NCBI GenBank assembly: GCA_965228895.1 | Contig: OZ245842.1 | Coordinates: 5,440,001-5,504,000, forward strand | Origin: Alphaproteobacteria bacterium | Lineage (GTDB): Bacteria > Pseudomonadota > Alphaproteobacteria > SP197 | DNA length: 64,000 nucleotides | Direction of reading: 5' to 3' | In this document: one piece after another, positions 60,225 through 64,000 of the stretch | Layout: each line of letters opens with the position of its first letter | Position numbering within the stretch: position 1 is the first letter of the stretch | Position numbers and translations under genes: made by a program | Notes under the pieces: generated by a model | What the model was told of the DNA's origin: nothing | Database searches by the model: none | The model's input: only the letters and a program-made list of their open reading frames with translations

Positions 60225-61379
60225 ATGACCTATCTGCATTTTACCGAAGACGAGCTGGCAACACGCCGCGCGAAAACGGTCGAGGCGATGGTGGAGCGCG
60301 GGTTCGATGCGCTGCTGCTTTTTAAGCAGGAGAGCATGTACTACCTGACCGGCTACGACACCGCCGGGTACTCGTTGTTTCAGTGCTTTATGCTGTTCGC
60401 CGACGGATCGATGACGTTGGTGACGCGCTCGGCTGACCGCGAGCAGGCGGCCTATACGTCGGTCATTCCCGATGTCCGTATCTGGGTCGACCGCGGCGGG
60501 GCCAACCCGGCCGACGACGTCAAAGCGGTTCTGGAGGAGAAGGGGATCGCCGGCGGCAAGGTCGGTGTCGAGCTGCACGCCTGGTGTCTGACCGGCCAGC
60601 GCTGGGTCATGGTCGAAGGCGCGCTTGATGGGTTCTGTTCCTGGGAAGACGCCACCGACCTCGTGCAGTCGCAACGCATCGTCAAGAGCGAGAGTGAACT
60701 CGCCTATGTCCGCAAGGCCGGCGCTTTGGCCGATGCCGCGCTCAACGCGTTGCACGACGCGATCGAACCGGGCGTCGATGAAGGCCATCTCTACGCCGTC
60801 ATGAACAACGCGATCTTCGAGGGCGGCGGCGACTATCCGGCCAGCCGGGGCATCATCGGCTCGGGCGATGGCGCGCTGCTGGTGCGTTACTTCACCGGGC
60901 GCGCGAAGGTTGGCGCGGACGATCAGGTGCAGCTTGAGTTCGGTGCCGCCTATCGCCATTACCACGCCTGCATCATGCGAACGGTTCTCACCGGCAAGGC
61001 CGGCGCGCGGCACCAGGCGATGCACGCGGCCGGTGTTGAAGCGCTTGCCGCCTGCCAGGATGTCGCCAAGCCCGGCGCCCTGTTCGGCGATATCTATGAC
61101 GCCCATGCCCGCGTCGTCGACGCCCACGGGCTCGAAGACTTCCGTCTTAACGCCTGCGGCTATTCGCTCTCGGCGAACTATTCGCCGTCGTGGATGGAGG
61201 AGCCGATGATCTATCCGGCCAATCCGACGGTGATCGAGCCGGGCATGGTCATCTTCATGCACATGATCTTGGTCGATAGCTCAAATCGGCTTACGATGTC
61301 GCTCGGCGAAACCGGCATTGTGCATGCGGACCGTTTTGAGCCGGTTTCGGCCATGCCACACGATCTTGTGGTCAAATAG
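60225..61379 (+). CDS. M24 / creatinase-like amidohydrolase
   Basis: YYLTGY, VKSESE, YHACIMRT, GYS, PGMV. Confidence 0.85.
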   Translation: MTYLHFTEDELATRRAKTVEAMVERGFDALLLFKQESMYYLTGYDTAGYSLFQCFMLFADGSMTLVTRSADREQAAYTSVIPDVRIWVDRGGANPADDVKAVLEEKGIAGGKVGVELHAWCLTGQRWVMVEGALDGFCSWEDATDLVQSQRIVKSESELAYVRKAGALADAALNALHDAIEPGVDEGHLYAVMNNAIFEGGGDYPASRGIIGSGDGALLVRYFTGRAKVGADDQVQLEFGAAYRHYHACIMRTVLTGKAGARHQAMHAAGVEALAACQDVAKPGALFGDIYDAHARVVDAHGLEDFRLNACGYSLSANYSPSWMEEPMIYPANPTVIEPGMVIFMHMILVDSSNRLTMSLGETGIVHADRFEPVSAMPHDLVVK

Positions 61380-61394
61380 CCAAGGAACGTCGCC

Positions 61395-62219
61395 ATGCCT
61401 GACGTACCCGCCCGCGCCATAACCGACGACGACGTCGAAAAATTCGACACTGATGGCGTTGTCTGTCTGACAGGTGCCTTGCCGCAGCATTGGGTCCAGG
61501 TTCTGGAGCAGGGCATCGACAGTGCCATGGGGTCTGCCGGACCCTACACGCGCCGCCAGTCCGATGGCGATGATCCCGGGCTCTTCTTCAGCGATTACGG
61601 CGCGTCATCGCGAGTGCCAGCCTTGATGGACTACGCGCTCCACTCGCCGGTTGCCGAGATCGCGGCGAGACTGCTTCGCTCAAGCCGGTCGAACTTCCTC
61701 TACGATGCCGTCTGGGTGAAGGAACCGGGTACGTCCAAACCGAGCGCCTGGCATCAGGACCAACCCTATTACGCGGTCGATGGACGGCAGATCTGCATTG
61801 TCTGGGCGCCGGTCGACCCGGTGCCAGAGGATGTGGTGCTGCGCTGCGTGCGGGGTTCTCACCGTTGGGGCAAGGCGTTCAAACCGCTGCGTTTCAAGGA
61901 TCTTGGCGGGTACGGCCGCGCTGACGACGACGGTTACATCGAACCGCCGGATATCGACCGAGACTACGCCGACGCCATTCTCGCGCCTGCCATGGAACCG
62001 GGTGATCTGCTGGTTTTTCACGGCATGTGTATGCACGGCGCGCCGGGCAACAGTCAGGCGGTCCGTCGGCGACGGGTCGTTTCGACCACATGGGTCGGTG
62101 ACGATGCCGTTTACATCGAACGTCCCGGCGAAATGGAACCCGATTTCTCCGATCGTGGGCTCAAACCGGGCGAGCCGCTGGATGCGCCGGCGTTCCCGCG
62201 GGTGTTTGAGCGGCGTTAG
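61395..62219 (+). CDS. PhyH family Fe(II)/2OG oxygenase
   Basis: KEPG, WHQD, RGSHRW, PGD..VFH...HGA. Confidence 0.9.
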   Translation: MPDVPARAITDDDVEKFDTDGVVCLTGALPQHWVQVLEQGIDSAMGSAGPYTRRQSDGDDPGLFFSDYGASSRVPALMDYALHSPVAEIAARLLRSSRSNFLYDAVWVKEPGTSKPSAWHQDQPYYAVDGRQICIVWAPVDPVPEDVVLRCVRGSHRWGKAFKPLRFKDLGGYGRADDDGYIEPPDIDRDYADAILAPAMEPGDLLVFHGMCMHGAPGNSQAVRRRRVVSTTWVGDDAVYIERPGEMEPDFSDRGLKPGEPLDAPAFPRVFERR

Positions 62220-63448
62220 ACGGTGTCGGCCGTCGCCATGGCCTGCGCCTCGAGAGCCATATAGTCGCGGACGATGGGCATGGCGTCGCGTTTGATCGAC
62301 AGGATCAGTTGAAACACCATGTTGGAGCCGTGCAGGAAACCCAGCTCCACGGCACAGAGGTAGAACTCCCACATCCGGCAGAAGCGCTCGTCGTAGAGCT
62401 CGGCGGCTTTATCCCGGTTGGCGGTGAAGCGCTGCCGCCAATGTCGGATGGTGTAGTAATAGTGCAGGCGCAGGACTTCCATGTCGGCGACCCATAGACC
62501 GCAGCGTTCGGTCGCGGCAAAGGCTTCCGACAGTGCCGGCACATAACCGCCGGGGAAGATGTACTTGCGGATGAACGGGCTGGTCGTGCCGGGCGGCGCC
62601 ATGCGACCGATACAGTGCACGAAGGCAAAACCGTCGTCGGTCAGCAGTTCCTTGATCTTGCCGAAGTATTCGTCGAAGTGGCCGACGCCGACATGTTCCA
62701 TCATGCCGATCGAGGTGATGCGGTCGAACTTGCCGGTCAGCTCGCGGTAGTCGACCTCCTTAAACGCGACGCGATCGGTTATCCCGGCCTGTTCCGCCCG
62801 AGATCTCGCGGTGGCAATCTGTTCGTGAGCGACGTTGATGCCGGTGACATGCACGTCGGCGGCGCGTGCCATGTACATGGCCGCCCCACCCCAGCCTGAT
62901 CCAATGTCGCAGACACGCATGCCGGGCTCAAGCTTCAGCTTGGCCGTCATGCGGCGCAGTTTGTTTTGTTGCGCCTGCTCCAGCGTGTCGTTGTCGGGAT
63001 CCTCGAAGAACGCGCAGCTGTAGTTCATGTCGTCGTCGAGAAACAATTGATAGAGCTCGGTCGACAGATCGTAGTGATGTTGGGCGTGCTCGGCGGCGCG
63101 GCCCAGGGGGTTATGCTGCTGCAGGCTTCGCAAGCGCCGCCATGCCGTGCGCAGCGCCTTCTGTGCGGGATGGCCGCCAAGGCCGCTGCGGTTGACAGAA
63201 AACAGATACAGAAAGTCATAACACGTGCTGCCGTCTTCAAAGGTCAGCGTGCCGTCCATATAGGCTTCTGCCGCATTCAGTTCGGGGTTGCGGAACAGCT
63301 TTCCCGGCAGGGCGGGATCGTGAAGCCGAACCGTGACATCCGGCCCTTCGCCTTTGCCACCAAATTGATGCAAGCGACCGTCCGCGTCGTAGATCCGAAG
63401 CGTGCCGTTGCGAATGAAGCGGGTCAATAGATGAGACAGCATTCGCAT
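62216..63448 (-). CDS. cfa: Cyclopropane-fatty-acyl-phospholipid synthase
   Basis: HHYDL, YSCA, DIGSGWGG, S.GM.EHVG, KYIFPGG, RMWEFYL. Confidence 0.93.
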   Translation of the reverse strand: MRMLSHLLTRFIRNGTLRIYDADGRLHQFGGKGEGPDVTVRLHDPALPGKLFRNPELNAAEAYMDGTLTFEDGSTCYDFLYLFSVNRSGLGGHPAQKALRTAWRRLRSLQQHNPLGRAAEHAQHHYDLSTELYQLFLDDDMNYSCAFFEDPDNDTLEQAQQNKLRRMTAKLKLEPGMRVCDIGSGWGGAAMYMARAADVHVTGINVAHEQIATARSRAEQAGITDRVAFKEVDYRELTGKFDRITSIGMMEHVGVGHFDEYFGKIKELLTDDGFAFVHCIGRMAPPGTTSPFIRKYIFPGGYVPALSEAFAATERCGLWVADMEVLRLHYYYTIRHWRQRFTANRDKAAELYDERFCRMWEFYLCAVELGFLHGSNMVFQLILSIKRDAMPIVRDYMALEAQAMATADTV

Positions 63449-63554
63449 AGGTCTGGTCGCCTTCTAGTGCATTTGCGATGCTGGTGCGTTGCCGGTTTCC
63501 CACCTTAGCATCGTGCCAACCCTCATGCGAAACACCACCGGGACGCGTCTTGGA

Positions 63555-64000
63555 TCAGGAATCCGCGACTCCGAACGCTTCGATCAGGGCACTGGGTCGA
63601 ATGTGGTTGGTGTCGATGTAGTGACCGCGCACTGCTGATCCGTCATCGGCCGTTGTCACGCTGTTGATGTCGATCAGGCGTGCGCCCCGTTCTTGGGTCA
63701 CCGAACGCAGCCGCTCGTTGAAGCGCTTGATAACATAAAGAAAGAGGTTGCGGACCTCGCCCTCCACCAAGCTCATGTTGACATTGCTCATGGGCGGGCT
63801 TTGGAACCAGACGGTGTGGCCGCGCTTGGCCCCTTCGCTCAACATGAAATCGACGTAACGTTCGACTAGGTCATCGACCAGCGCGTCGCGATCGAGGTTC
63901 GGATCCTTGCGCAGCGCGCGCACCATGCCTTCCTTCAGGCGGCAGTCGAGCTCGCCGAACACGGCGACGACCGTTGCGCCATCGGGAATACGCGCCAAGG
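63555..64000 (-). CDS. Hypothetical protein, C-terminal part (SGNH-like); 5' end outside window
   Basis: Frame is open to the window edge. GELDCR and D..H motifs. Confidence 0.55.
   Translation of the reverse strand, partial: LARIPDGATVVAVFGELDCRLKEGMVRALRKDPNLDRDALVDDLVERYVDFMLSEGAKRGHTVWFQSPPMSNVNMSLVEGEVRNLFLYVIKRFNERLRSVTQERGARLIDINSVTTADDGSAVRGHYIDTNHIRPSALIEAFGVADS

Overview
GC-rich bacterial chromosomal window, probably an alphaproteobacterium (inferred from gene content such as ATM1, pepN and IorAB-like genes). It is almost fully coding, with about 50 genes, mostly for catabolism and transport. Contents: (i) an amine-uptake/gamma-glutamylation cluster (two GS-like ligases, PhyH dioxygenase, PAS-only protein, sigma54 activator, PotABCD-like ABC transporter); (ii) BVMO, class III cyclase, a third GS-like ligase, a plant-like SABATH methyltransferase, malic enzyme, six Fe(II)/2OG-type oxygenases, hydantoinase/oxoprolinase A/B, IorAB-like genes with TetR, pepN and cfa; (iii) a translationally coupled four-gene sulfation operon (signal peptide-Tyr-TM micro-protein, small membrane protein, PAPS-dependent sulfotransferase, membrane-anchored arylsulfotransferase), my best candidate for an undescribed system; (iv) two families of intergenic palindromic elements, including a 140-bp double-hairpin element with compensatory base changes whose terminal TAG supplies the stop codon of three genes. 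I saw no rRNA, tRNA, CRISPR array, transposase, integrase or phage gene. All protein calls come from motif recognition by eye, and no database search was run.
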